64,000 nt of DNA from Pristiophorus japonicus (Eukaryota): the NCBI RefSeq assembly GCF_044704955.1, contig NC_091978.1, positions 272,366,001 through 272,430,000 on the forward strand, read 5' to 3'. The position numbers and the translations under genes were made by a program. The notes beneath the pieces were generated by a model. That model made no database searches and was not told where the DNA came from. It saw only the letters and a program-made list of their open reading frames with translations. This document shows positions 50,867 to 62,774 of the stretch, in pieces. Each line of letters begins with the position of its first letter. Position 1 is the first letter of the stretch.

Positions 50867-51560
50867 CTTGAAGGTTGGCATGCAGGTGCAGCAGGCGGTT
50901 AAGAAAGCAAATGGCATGTTGGCCTTCATAGCAAGGGGATTTGAGTACAGGGGCAGGGAGGTGTTACTACAATTGTACAGGGCCTTGGTGAGGCCACACC
51001 TGGAGTATTGTGCACAGTTTTGGTCTCCTAACCTGAGGAAGGACATTCTTGCTATTGAGGGAGTGCAGCGAAGGTTCACCAGACTGATTCCCGGGATGGC
51101 GGGACTGACCTATCAAGAAAGACTGGATCAACTGGGCTTGTATTCACTGGAGTTCAGAAGAATGAGAGGGGACCTCATAGAAACATATAAAATTCTGACG
51201 GGGTTAGACAGGTTAGATGCAGGAAGAATGTTCCCAATGTTGGGGAAGTCCAGAACCAGGGGTCACAGTCTAAGGATAAGGGGTAAGCCATTTAGGACCG
51301 AGATGCGGAGGAACCTCTTCACCCAGAGAGTGGTGAACCTGTGGAATTCTCTACCACAGAAAGTTGTTGAGGCCAATTCACTAAATATATTCAAAAAGGA
51401 GTTAGATGAGGTCCTTACTGCTAGGGGGATCAAGGGGTATGGCGAGAAAGCAGGAATGGGGTACTGAAGTTGAATGTTCAGCCATGAACTCATTGAATGG
51501 CGGTGCAGGCTAGAAGGGCCGAATGGCCTACTCCTGCACCTATTTTCTATGTTTCTATGT
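50867..51560 (+). mobile_element. Young 5'-truncated CR1 LINE
   Basis: Uninterrupted ORF2 C-terminus to 51467; TTTCTATGTTTCTATGT tail; near-identical to 63014-63707. Confidence 0.96.
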
Positions 51561-51605
51561 TAAGCAACTCCCCTCGACAATCAATGGTATTGCCATCGGC
51601 GAATC

Positions 51606-54600
51606 TGTAGTGTATGGAGAAAGAGTCAGGCTGTACACAGTGAGCTCAAAGTAAAGTGTGACCGTAGTCTTTTATTGCAGGTCTCCAGAGTGCCCCTCCA
51701 ACCTGTGAAGCCTTCTTAAATACCTGTGCTCCCAAGGGACTATGGGATCCCTTGGGACTCTGGGGAATGAGCCCTCTGGTGGCTATGCAGAGTAAATGCA
51801 AGTCCACATATATAAGAACATTCTACCCAGTCAATAGTGTAACTATTTATAATGTGAGTCGATCTGGGGTCCTTCTTGCCCTGGTTGATCGTCTCGGTGT
51901 GAAACCTGGAGTTGTTGAATCATTTCTTGGGCCTTCGCTGGGCTGCTGTGCAGCTGGCCTTGCTGAGCTGCCTGGTGTGATGGGCCCTGCAGGGCTGCTG
52001 TGGATGATGGGTTCTGCTTCGTGGTCAACCGTGGTGCCGGTTGCCACTGGGGTGTGTGTTGGGGGATCAAAAAAGGTAGAGTCCAAGGTGGGTTGCTCAG
52101 GGTAGTCCATGAATCTGAGTTTGATTTGGTCCAAGTGTTTCCAGTGAATGAGTCCATTTGAAAGTTTGGCCCGAAACACCCTGCTCCCCTCTTTGGCCAC
52201 GACAGTGCCAGGAAGCCACTTGGGACCTTGTCCATAATTTTATACAAATACAGGATCATTGATTTCAATCTCGTGTGCCACATTTGCGCTGTCATGGTAT
52301 GCACTTTGTTGAAGCCGCCTGCTCTCTACCTGTTCATGTAGATCAGGGTGAACTAACGAGAGCCTTGTATTAAGTGCTCTTTTCATGAGCAGTTCAGCAG
52401 GTGGGATCCCAGTGAGTGAGTGTGGTCTCGTGCGGTAGCTAAGCAGGACTCGGGATAGGCGAGTCTGCAGTGAGCCTTCAGTTATCCTCTTCAAGCCTTG
52501 CTTAATGGTTTGCACTGCTCTCTCTGCCTGACCATTGGACGCTGGTTTAAATGGGGCAGATGTGACATGTTTGATCCCGTTACGGGTCATGAATTCTTTG
52601 AACTCAGCACTGGTAAAACATGGCCCGTTGTCGCTCACCAGGACATCGGGTAAGCCGTGTGTGGCAAACATGGCCCGCAGGCTTTCATTGGTGGCAGCGG
52701 ATGTGCTAGCCGACATTATCTCACATTCAATCCACTTGGAGTACGCGTCTATAACCACAAGGAACAATTTACCCAAGAATGGGCCTGCATAGTCGACGTG
52801 TACCCGAGATCATGGTTTGGAGGGCCAAGACCATATACTTAGTGGCGCTTCCCTGGCTACATTGCTTAACTGTGAGCATGTATTACATCTGTGAACACAG
52901 GACTCTTAGTCTGCATCAATGGGCCACCACACGTGGGATCTGACTATCGCTTTCATCATTACTATGCCTGGGTGGGTACTGTGGAGGTTATTGATGAAGG
53001 TGTCTCTGCCCTTCTTGGGGATCACTACTCCATTGCCCCACAGAAGGCAGTCTGCCTGTATAGACATTTCATCTTTGCGCCGCTGGAACGGCTTTATTTC
53101 TTCCTGCATTTCCACTGGGACATTGGACCAGCTCCTGTGAAGCATACAGCTTTTGACTAGAGATAATAAGGGCTCCTGGCTTGTCCAGGTTTTGATCTGC
53201 TGGGCAGTGACGGGTGATTGCTCACTCTCAAATGCTTCCACAACCATGACTTGATCTGCGGCTGCACCATTTCCACCCCTGTGGTGGGCAATGGCAGCCT
53301 ATTGAGAGCATCGGCGCAGTTTTCTGTGCCTGGCCTGAGGCAGATGGCGTAGTTGCATGCGGACAATGTGAGTGCCCATCTCGGAATGCGGGCCGATGCA
53401 TTGTTATTTGTCCCTTTACTCTCGGAAAACAAGGATATAAATGGCTTCTAGTCAGTTTCCAATTCGAATTTTAGTCCAAACAGGTATTGATACATTTTCT
53501 TTACCCCACAGACACACCCTAACGCTTCTTTTTCAATCATGCTGTAGGCTCTCTCGGCCTTAGACAGACTCCTGGATTCATAAGCAACTGGTTGCAGTTT
53601 CCTGAAATCATTAGCTTGTTGCAATACATACCCGACGCCATATGACGATGCATCACATGCTAGTACCAAACGCTTACATGGATCATATAACTCTTGCAAT
53701 TTGTTTGAGCATAACAATTTTCTCGCTTTTACAAAGGCATTTTCTTGGCTTTTGACCCAAACCCAATCGCCCCCTTTTCACAGTAAAACATGTAGTGCTT
53801 CTAGCTGGGTGCTGAGACCCGGTAAGAAGTTACCAAAGTAGTTCAAGAGTCCTAGAAACGACCGCAGCTCCGTCACGTTCTGTGGCCTTGGTGCGTTCTC
53901 GATTGCTTCCGTCTTCGCGTTGGTGGGCCCGATGCTGTCCGCCGCATTCCTCCTTCCCAGAAACTCCACTTCAGGCATCAGGAAAACGCACTTCGAGCGT
54001 TTTAATCTGAGCCCCATGCGACTGAGTCGACTGAGAACTTCCTCCAGGTTCTGCAGGTGTTCGACTGTGTTCCGACCTGTGACCAAGATGTCGTCCTGGA
54101 AGACCATGGTGTGCGGGACTGACTTCAGTAAACTTTCCATGTTTCTCTGGAATATCGCCGCCGCTGATCGGCTTCCAAACGGACATCTGTTATAAACAAA
54201 AAGACCTTTGTGCGTGTTGATGCAGGTGTGGGCCTTCAATGATTCCTCCAGTTCTTGCATCATGTAGGCTGAAGTCAGATCCAGCTTCGTGAACGTCGTT
54301 CCTCCCGTCAGCATTGCAAAGAGGTCGTCGGCCTTTGGTAGTATGTATTGGTCCTGCAGGGAGAAACGATTGATAGTTACTTTGTAATCGCCACAGATTC
54401 TGACGGTGCCGTCTCCCTTGAGGACTGGGACAATAGGACTGGCCCACTCGCTGAACTCGATTGGTGAAATTATGCCCTCTTGTTGCAGCTGGTCCTGCTC
54501 AATCTCTACCCTTTCTCTCATCATGTACAGTACTGTTCTCGCCTTGTGATGGATGGGTCGCGCCCCCGGAATTGGGTGGATCTGCACTAATGCTCCTTGG

Positions 54601-56146
54601 AATTTCCCGATGCCTAGTTCGAACAGAGAGGGAAATTTGTTTAAGACCTGGGCACACAAAGTGTCATCAGCGGGCGATAACACTCGGACGTCGTCCCAGT
54701 TCCAGCGTATCTTTCCCAGCCAGCTCCTGCAGAGCAGCATGGGACCATCGCCCAGTACCACCCAGAGTGGTAGCTTGTGCATCGCTCCATCGTAGGAGAC
54801 CTTTATGGTAGCACTGCCGATTCTTTAGTGTAAGTTCTTAGTCTTGTGCGAAGTGGAGTTAAGACTGCTTTTGAGGCCTTGTTGCACCACAAACTTTCGA
54901 AAGTCTTTTTACCCATGGTGGACTGGCTCGTACCCGTGTCCAGCTTCATTGACACCAGGAGTCCATTTACTTCAACATTCAGCATTATCGGGTGACAATT
55001 CATGGTGAATGTGTGCACCTCATGTACCTCTGCCTCCTCTATCTGGTTCGTAGTGATCCTCCATGGATCTGTCCTCCTCTGCAACGTGGTGGTTTGCAGG
55101 TTTAACAGGCTTAGCAGCTCGTCTGCACACTCATTAGAGGTGTCCCATTGTTCCACAGCCCTTGCAAACGTATCCTTTGAATCGGCATGAATGGAAACGA
55201 TGATCACTCCCGCAGCACCAACAAGGTGTTAATGGTCTTGCATTCATCACCCTTGATGGTGGACTCAGACATCTGCGGACGTGCAGCTGCAGGCATGTGT
55301 GACCTGCCCTGTACGTTATGATTCGAAAACAACATCACTTTGTTCACAGTACTTGTAGCAGCACTTGTGTGCTGAGAGATTTGCTTAGTATTGTCACTGG
55401 TGGCAATGAACACCTGGGCTATCGCTGTGGCCTTACTCAAGGTTGGGGTCTCTACAGTTAAAAGCTTGCGAAGTATGGTTCCGTGGCCAATGCCAAGTAC
55501 AATAAAGTCTGAGCATGTGCTCCAAATGTCCTTCAAATTCGCAATGTCCTGCAAGGCGTCTCAGCTCAGCGACATAACTTGCCACTTCCTGGCCTTCAGA
55601 CCTTTTGTCGGTGTAGAACCAGCACCTCGCCATCAGAACGCTTTCCTTCGGGTTCAAATGCTCTCGAACCAGTGTGCACAAATCGTCATACGATTTCTCT
55701 GTGGGTTTCGCTGGAGTGAGCAGATTCTTCATGAGGCCATACGTTGGTGCCCCACAGACAGTGAGGAGGATCGCTCTCCATTTGGCAGCGCTCTCTTCCT
55801 CATCTAGCTCGTTGGCCACAAAGTATTGGTCGAGTCACTCCACAAAAGTTTCCCAATCATCTCCCTCCGAACATTTCTCCAGGATGCCCACTGTTCTCTG
55901 CATCTTTGGGTTCGCTATCTTTATCTCGTCGCCAGTTGTAGTGTAAGGAGAAAGAGTCAGACTGAACACTGTGAGGTCAAAGTAAAGTGTGACCGTAGTC
56001 TTTTATTGCAGGTCTCCTGAGTGCCTCTCCAACCTGTGAAGTCTTCTTAAATACCTGTGCTCCCAAGGGATTATGGAATCCCTTGGGACTCCGGGGAATG
56101 AGCCCTCTGGTGGCTGTAGAGTAAATAGAAGTACACATATATAATA
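51606..56146 (-). mobile_element. Full-length Gypsy (Mag-like) LTR retrotransposon, decayed
   Basis: LTRs 55937-56146 (5') and 51606-~51817 (3'); 5-bp TSD GAATC at 51601-51605 and 56147-56151; PBS TGGCGACGAG (reverse complement of 55925-55934); gag, LDTGT protease, RT FQDD, RNase H CDAS and integrase ORF pieces. Confidence 0.97.
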
Positions 56147-56351
56147 GAATCCCCCACCATCAACATCCTGAGGGACACCATTGACCAAAAACTTAACAGA
56201 AACAGTCACATAAATACTGTGGCTACAAGAGCAGGTCAGAGGCTGGGTATTCTGCAGCGAGTGACTCATCTGCTAACTCCCCAAAGCATTTCCACCATCT
56301 GCAAGGCACAAGTCAAGAGTGTGATGGAATATTCTCCAGTTGCCCGGATGC

Positions 56352-58623
56352 AATCTACTGGTTAGGTGGGCAGAGCAGCGGCAAATAGAATTTAATTCGG
56401 AGAAGTATGAGGTAATGCATTTTGGGAGGGCTAATAAGGAAAGTGTATACACATTAAGCGGTAGGCACTTAATAGTGTAGATGAGCAAAGGGACGTTGGA
56501 GTGCTTGTCCACAGATCCCTGAAAGTAGCAGGCCAGGTGGATAAAGTGGTTAAGAAGGCATATGGAATGCTTGCCTTTATTGGCCGAGGCATAGAATATA
56601 AGAGCAGGGAGGTTATGCTTAAATAGTTTAATACTCTGGTTAGGCCACAGCTGGAGTATTGCATGCAATTCTGGTTGTCATATTATAGGAAGGACGTAAA
56701 TGCACTAGAGAGGGTGACAGAGGAGATTTACGAGGATGCAGCCTGGAATGGAGAATCTTAGCGATGAGGACAGATTGGATAGGTTGGGTTTGCTCATTGG
56801 AATAGAGGAGGTTGAGAGACCTCATTAAGGTGTACAAAATTTTGAGGGGCCTGGATATAGTGGATAGCAAAGGCCTATTTCCATTGGTGGAGGGGTCAAT
56901 TATGAGAGGGCATAATTTTAAGGTGGTTGGTGGAAGGTTCAGAGGGTTGTGGGCGTCTGGAACTCACTGCCTGGAAAGGTGGTGGATGCAGAAACCCTCA
57001 TCACATTTAAAAGGTGCTTGGATGGGCACTTAAAGTGCCATAACCTGTAGGGTTATGGACCTAGAGCTGGTAATTGGGATTAGACTGGATCATCATCATC
57101 ATAGGCAGTCCCTCGGAATTGAGGAAGACTTGCTTCCACTCTTAGCATGAGTTCTTAGGTGACTATACAGTCCAATACGAGAACCACAGTCTCTGTCACA
57201 GGTGGGACAGATAATGTTGAAGGAAAGGGTGGGCGGGGAGTCTAGTTTGCCGCATGCTCCTTCCGCTGCCTGCGCTTGATTCCTGCATGCTCTCGGCGAT
57301 GAGACTCGAGAAGCTCAGCGCCCTCTTGGATGCACTTCCTCCACTTAGGGCGGTCTTTGGCCAGGGACTCCCAGGTGTCAGTGGGGATGTCGCACTTTAT
57401 CAGGGAGGCTTTGAGGGTTCCTTGTAACAATTCCGCTGCTCACCTTTGGCTCGTTTGCCGTGGACCAGTTCAGAGTATAGCGCTTGCTTTGGGAGTCTCG
57501 TGTCTGGCATGCGAGCTATGTGGCCTGCCCAGTGGATCAAGTGTGGTCAGTGCTTCAATGCTGGGGATGTTGGCCTGGACGAGGACGCTAACGATGGTGC
57601 ATCTGTCCTCCCAGCGGATTTGTAGGATCTTGTGTAGACATCGTTGGTGGTATTTCTCCAGCGACTTGATGTGTCTACTGTACATGGTCCATGTCTCTGA
57701 GCCATACAGGAGGGTGGGTATTACTACAGCTCTGTAGACCATGAGCTTGGTGACAGTTTTGAGGGCCTGGTCTTCAAACACTCTTTTCCTCAAGCAACTG
57801 AAGGCTGCACTGGCACACTGCAGGTGGTGTTGCATCTCCTCGTCAATGCCTGCTCTTGTTGATAGGAGGCTCCTGAGATAAGCGAAGTGGTCCACGTTGT
57901 CCAGTGCCGCGCCGTGGATCTTAATGACTGGGGGGCAGTGCTGTGCGACGAGGACAGGCTGGTGGAGGACCTTTGTCTTACTGATGTTTAGCATAAGGCC
58001 GATGTTCAGTAAATACATCGACTATATCTTGGAGTTCAGCCTCTGTGTGCACAGACGTAGGCGTCGTCTGCATACTGTAGCTCGACGACAGAGGTTGGGG
58101 TGGTCTTGGACCTGGACTGGAGATGGCGAAGGTTGAACAGGTTCCCACTGGTTCTGTAGTTTAGTTCCACTCCAGCTTGTTGACTGAGGTGGAGCATGGC
58201 AGCGATAGACTGGATAACCTCTTGTTGGCTGGCACAGATATGATGGTAACTACTGCAGGGAATCGAATACGGCTAAGGTGATCTCATGGACTAGTTTTGA
58301 TCATCTGGATGGGTCGGAGAGCAAATTTTCCCAGATTTTCTTTCCCCCAATTGGCCTGGGTTTTAAATCTGTTTTTTGCCTCTCCCAGGGGATCACATGG
58401 CTCCGGTTGGGGTAGAGTGTAGAATATTTCAGTGTAAGGGGTGTCACAATTGTATGGAGTGGACTGGTTGGGCTGGGTGCTCTTTACCTTTCTGCTATTG
58501 TTCATAAGTTTATATGTAACCTTCAGGGATGTTGACCGAGGGCCGTGCAGCTCTTTGTTGGCTGCGCGGACATGATGGGCCGAAATAGTCTCCTTCTATG
58601 CTGTAAATCTCTATGTTTCTATG
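56352..58623 (+). mobile_element. CR1 LINE of another subfamily with a long 3' UTR, split by an RTE
   Basis: WAEQRQIEFNSEKYEVMHFG..RGHNFKV; 3' UTR resumes at 58206 and ends CTATGTTTCTATG. Confidence 0.85.
57091..58205 (-). mobile_element. RTE LINE with 10-bp TSD TAGACTGGAT
   Basis: TSD at 57081-57090 and 58206-58215; (GAT)n tail; ORF 57470-58018. Confidence 0.95.
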
Positions 58624-59080
58624 ATCTGAGGCAGGGGCGGAGCCGGCTATGTTACGGAGGTGGAAATAGGCGGTCTTAGTTATGGAGCAGATATTTGGTC
58701 GGAAGCTCATTTCAGGGTCATTTCAAGGTTGCAAACAATTGGTTCAGCCTCAGACAGATGCTAAGGAGAGGGATTAAGTCGGTGGCTAGGGAACAGAGTT
58801 TGTGGTGGCGACAATAGCTCTGGTCTTCCCAATATTTTACGTGGAGGAAATTTCTGCTCATCCAGAATTGGATGTTGGATAAGCAGCCTGACAATTTAGA
58901 CAGTGGAGGGGTCAAGAGAAGTGGTGGTAAGGTAGAGCTGGGTGTCGTCAGTGTACATGTGGAAACTGATACTGTGTTTTCAGATAATGTCGCGAGGGGA
59001 AAGATGTAGAGGGAAAATAAGATGGGGCCAAGGATAGATCCTTGGAGGTCACCAGAGGCAACGATGCAGGAGCAAGGCAA
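58624..59080 (-). mobile_element. L2 LINE RT fragment
   Basis: QGSILGPILFSLY..WMSRNFL..SITKTAYFHLRNIA. Confidence 0.85.
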
Positions 59081-59119
59081 GAAGCTACGTGTCTAACTGT
59101 GCCCTCAGCTCATCTATCT

Positions 59120-59815
59120 TATTCACTAGACTCCTTGCATTAAAGTAAAAACCATTAAGTACTGCCAAACTCCTTTGTTGTCTATTTTCTAGCCTTTGTT
59201 TCCTATGCCTTCCAAACTCACAAATTTTCTGCCTCCATTTCCAGCTTCGCTTCTCTCCCTTCTGAATCTATGCTCGAGTTTCCATCGCCCTGCAAAGCTA
59301 GTTTAAACCCTCTCCAACAACATAAGCAAATACACCACCACCCCCAACCACTAGGATATTGGTACTGCCCCCGTTGAGGTGCAACCTATCCAGCTTTTGC
59401 AGGTCCCACCTCCCCCAGAATCAGTCTCAATGTCCCAGGAATCTAAAGCCCTCCCTCCTGCACAATCTCTCCAGCCATACATTCATCTGCTCTATCCTCC
59501 TAATTCCATACTCAATCTGGAGATTATTACCTTTGAGGTCCTGCTTATTAAACTCTTTCCTAGTTCCCTAAAGTTTTCCTGCAGGACCTCATCCCTCTTT
59601 CTACCTATGTCATTGGTACCGATATGGACCACAACCTCTGGCTGTTCACCCTCTCCCCTCAGAATGTCCTGCAACCACTCAGCGACATCCTTGACTCTAG
59701 CACCAGGGAGGCAACGTATCATCCTGGAGTCACATCTGGGCTGCAGAAACGCTTGTCTGTTGCCCTAACTATTGAATCCCCCATCATTATTGCAGTCCTG
59801 ACCTTCTTCCTCCTG
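59120..59815 (-). mobile_element. CR1 ORF1 (esterase) fragment with internal deletion
   Basis: CLPGARVKDV..VVVHIGTNDIG..RTSKVIIS; homologous to 27660-28190. Confidence 0.85.
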
Positions 59816-60259
59816 TTCCACTCAGGTTTTCCAGGCATGGATGCAGCCTAGCAAGTGGTCCCCACCCAAAAAATAAGGCTTTTTTTGGTTTGATGTGGAG
59901 ACAGGAGGAGCAGGAGACTTACCTTTGGGTCGCTAATAGTGAGACAAGCGGCCCAACATTGATCTTTGTAAAATGGTCAAGCTCCTGTGGAGTTGTCACA
60001 GGTGCCAGCAACTCATCCAAATAATGTTAATGAGGCCCGAAGCCCAATTTCGGGTGAGCATCGAGCCTCCCATTGGGATGCGTGCTCTGTTTACAGCATC
60101 CATTTCAGTCCCCAAAATATGCCAAAGGGAATTTCCAACCCACAAATTTTATTTTCTACTACTCCAAAACATTCTGATTGTCAAAGTTTACCTTTTGTTC
60201 TTTTAAAGCCACATTATCTATTTTACACAAAGCATGTTTTCAACATAGATTTATAGATA

Positions 60260-60677
60260 GATTGGAGTTTAGAAGAATGAGAGGTGACCTTATTGAAACA
60301 TAAGATTCTGAGGAGGCTCGACAAGGTAGATGCAGAGAGGATGTTTTCCCTCGTGGGGAAATCTAGAACTAGGGGGCATAGTTTAAGAATAAGGGGCCGC
60401 CCATTTAGAACTGAGATAAGGAGGAATTTCTTCTCTCAGAGAGCTGTAAATCTGTGGAATTTTCTGCCCCAGAGAGCTGTGGAGGCTGGGTCATTGAATA
60501 TATTCAATGTAGAGATAGACAGATTCTTGAGCGATAAGGGAGTCAAGGGTTATTGGGAGCGGGCGGGGAAGTGGAGCTGAGCCCAAGATCAGATCAGCCA
60601 TGATCTTATTAAATTGCAGAGCAGGTTCGAGGGGCCAAATGGCCTACTCCTGGCTCCTATTTCTTATGTTCTTATAT
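60260..60677 (+). mobile_element. CR1 3' fragment
   Basis: ORF 60284-60580 and TTCTTATGTTCTTAT tail. Confidence 0.93.
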
Positions 60678-61238
60678 CCATGTAAGCAATAATATACAGC
60701 TAGATATTGGTTTAGTTTGCCATTGTTATTTTCTGTGCCTCTATTCTCCATTTTAGAACTGGTGCCTTAGTACATAGCTGATTTCATCATGGACACATGT
60801 AGTTTAAAATTGCAAGCAACATATAAAATGAAAGAGCATTGATTTTTTAATGCATTTGCTGCTAAAATAGTTTCCACAATATGTTTATCCTTTGGAGTGT
60901 TATACATTGGAACTATGTGGAATATTTTCCTTTAGAATGTTAAACCAAAGGAGTATTATCCATTCGTTTATTATAAGATAAATATTAAAATTATATTAAA
61001 AATCTGAATTTTAAAAATGTTACGTTTGTGCAGGACTAACAATATTCAATGTGCGGAGTGTAGGGTCTACTAAATTTAGAATTAATTCTTAGATCAGATT
61101 TATGCATTTATCTGGATAAAGCTCAATGTGAAAAAGAAATTTGAAGGAAAACAGTGAAATCAACAATAATCTGAAGAATCTTTTTATATATGCTAATTGA
61201 TTCAGAGATTTTACATTTATATTTTGTTTGGACTCATT

Positions 61239-61960
61239 GGGCCTAAAATTGTGGTCGGAGGCTTCCTTTGGACGAACGCCACCGACCCGACAATTTTAAT
61301 GAAAATACTTGGTGGTCCCGGAGGCGCCCTCGATTCTAGTCGGAGGCCTTCATTTCATGCATAGCATATAGGGAGATAACTTCCCCATACGTACGAAAAT
61401 GCTGGAGTCATGTGGCCCTGGACAACCAATCACTCTGTAGTATTCTCATTGATAACAATAGGAATTCCGTTTTTATGAATTCCCATTACTATCAATGAGA
61501 AAACCCTCCAAAAACAAGAAACACAATAAAAAAAACACTTCACATATTTAAAATTAATTGAAATTAAAGTTAATTAAATGTTTTAGAAATTTTTTTTTGT
61601 AATTTTTTTTTGTTGTTTTAATATGGTTTAAAATAAACTTATCTTAATGAACTGGGTGTTTAACGTAAAAATGTATGTCCAAATTTAATTTTTATATGTT
61701 TTAAAACACATGTGCCTGCTTTTACCAGGCGTAAAAGTTTGAAGGACATTCGCTGGGCATGAGTTGGGCAAATAGCCCAATCTCTCCGATGCAGATGTCC
61801 CTCTCCCGGGGATGCGGAAGATCTGTCAAGACAAATTTTGACAGATCGGAAAAGCCAGTTTTCGGTGCATGCGCATCGCGCCCCGAAAGCCGGCTTTTGC
61901 AAGGCCTCACCGGGTTCGTGTGCATTTCGTACGGACCAGGTGAGGCCGGAATTTTAGCCT
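61239..61960. mobile_element. Harbinger-type MITE with AT-rich core
   Basis: Termini GGGCCTAAAATT / AATTTTAGCC; GC-rich arms around an A/T-run core. Confidence 0.65.
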
Positions 61961-61972
61961 CAATATGTTGCA

Positions 61973-62310
61973 TTTTTTAAAATTTCTATTTGGGAAATCT
62001 GCGATACCGGCTAGGCCACACTTATTGTCATCCCTGGTTGCCCTGAGAAGGTGGTGGTTCTCCTTGAATCCCTGTAATCTTTGTGCTTCCAGGATGGTGT
62101 TAGATATAGAATTCCACGATATTGACCAAACAATGATAAAGAAAAGGTAATGTCTGTCCAAGTCAGGACAGTGTGCGCCTTGGAGGGGAAATTGTAAGTG
62201 ATACTGTTCCCACCCCATTGCTGCTCGTCCTTCGTAGTAGTAGTCACAGGGGAGGGATATACTGTCAAAGTAACCTTTGTGAGTTGCGACAATGCACCTG
62301 TCGATCACAA
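61973..62310 (-). mobile_element. 3' end of an older LINE
   Basis: HTVLTWTDITFSLSL..HHLLRATRDDNKCGLAG with A-rich tail. Confidence 0.6.
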
Positions 62311-62774
62311 ATATTACAACCAGAGTGCATATAATGTGATATGAAATAAAAGCATGCAAATTAAATGAATAGATCATCTGTTCAATCTATAATACGCAAT
62401 GAGAAGACCCTTCCAAGATCTCATAGTACCAGTGGGGCCTTGCTAATAGACAGAAAATCGCAAGTAAAGCACCTATGTTTTTCCGGTAAGTGACCTACTG
62501 TGTGCAGCACAGGCCCTCGAAAAATTCCGTTCATTGTATTGCAACAGTTTTACAATATACATGGGATACTGAAGAATTCACTTTTTCAGGGAGGACAGGG
62601 TGGAAAACATCCTCACTGACCGTGGTTCTGAGAAATTCTAACCTGGGCAGTTATGATGTTTAGGAGCCTCTTACTCCATAGGATGGATGTGACATAAAAT
62701 AAAGTCAGCACTCCGTGTTTCTATGATTTTAGAATCTGGGAAAATCTGAATTTGCAAATGGCTTTCAACCAGCG

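Larger units (their letters stand above)
50657..56350 (+). mobile_element. Older CR1/Jockey-group LINE RT fragment in three pieces (50657-50866, 51561-51605, 56147-56350)
   Basis: FINDLP..TDDGTV..QQDLDNIQVWAEKWQ..KCQAMTI | NGIAIGES | PTINIL..IDQKL..STICKAQVKSVMEYSP reads continuously once the insertions are removed. Confidence 0.8.

Noticed and set aside
19314-58205. Strand bias: four long RTE copies on -, most CR1 copies on +
   Set aside because: Numbers are too small and the two biases point in opposite directions, so host transcription direction cannot be inferred.
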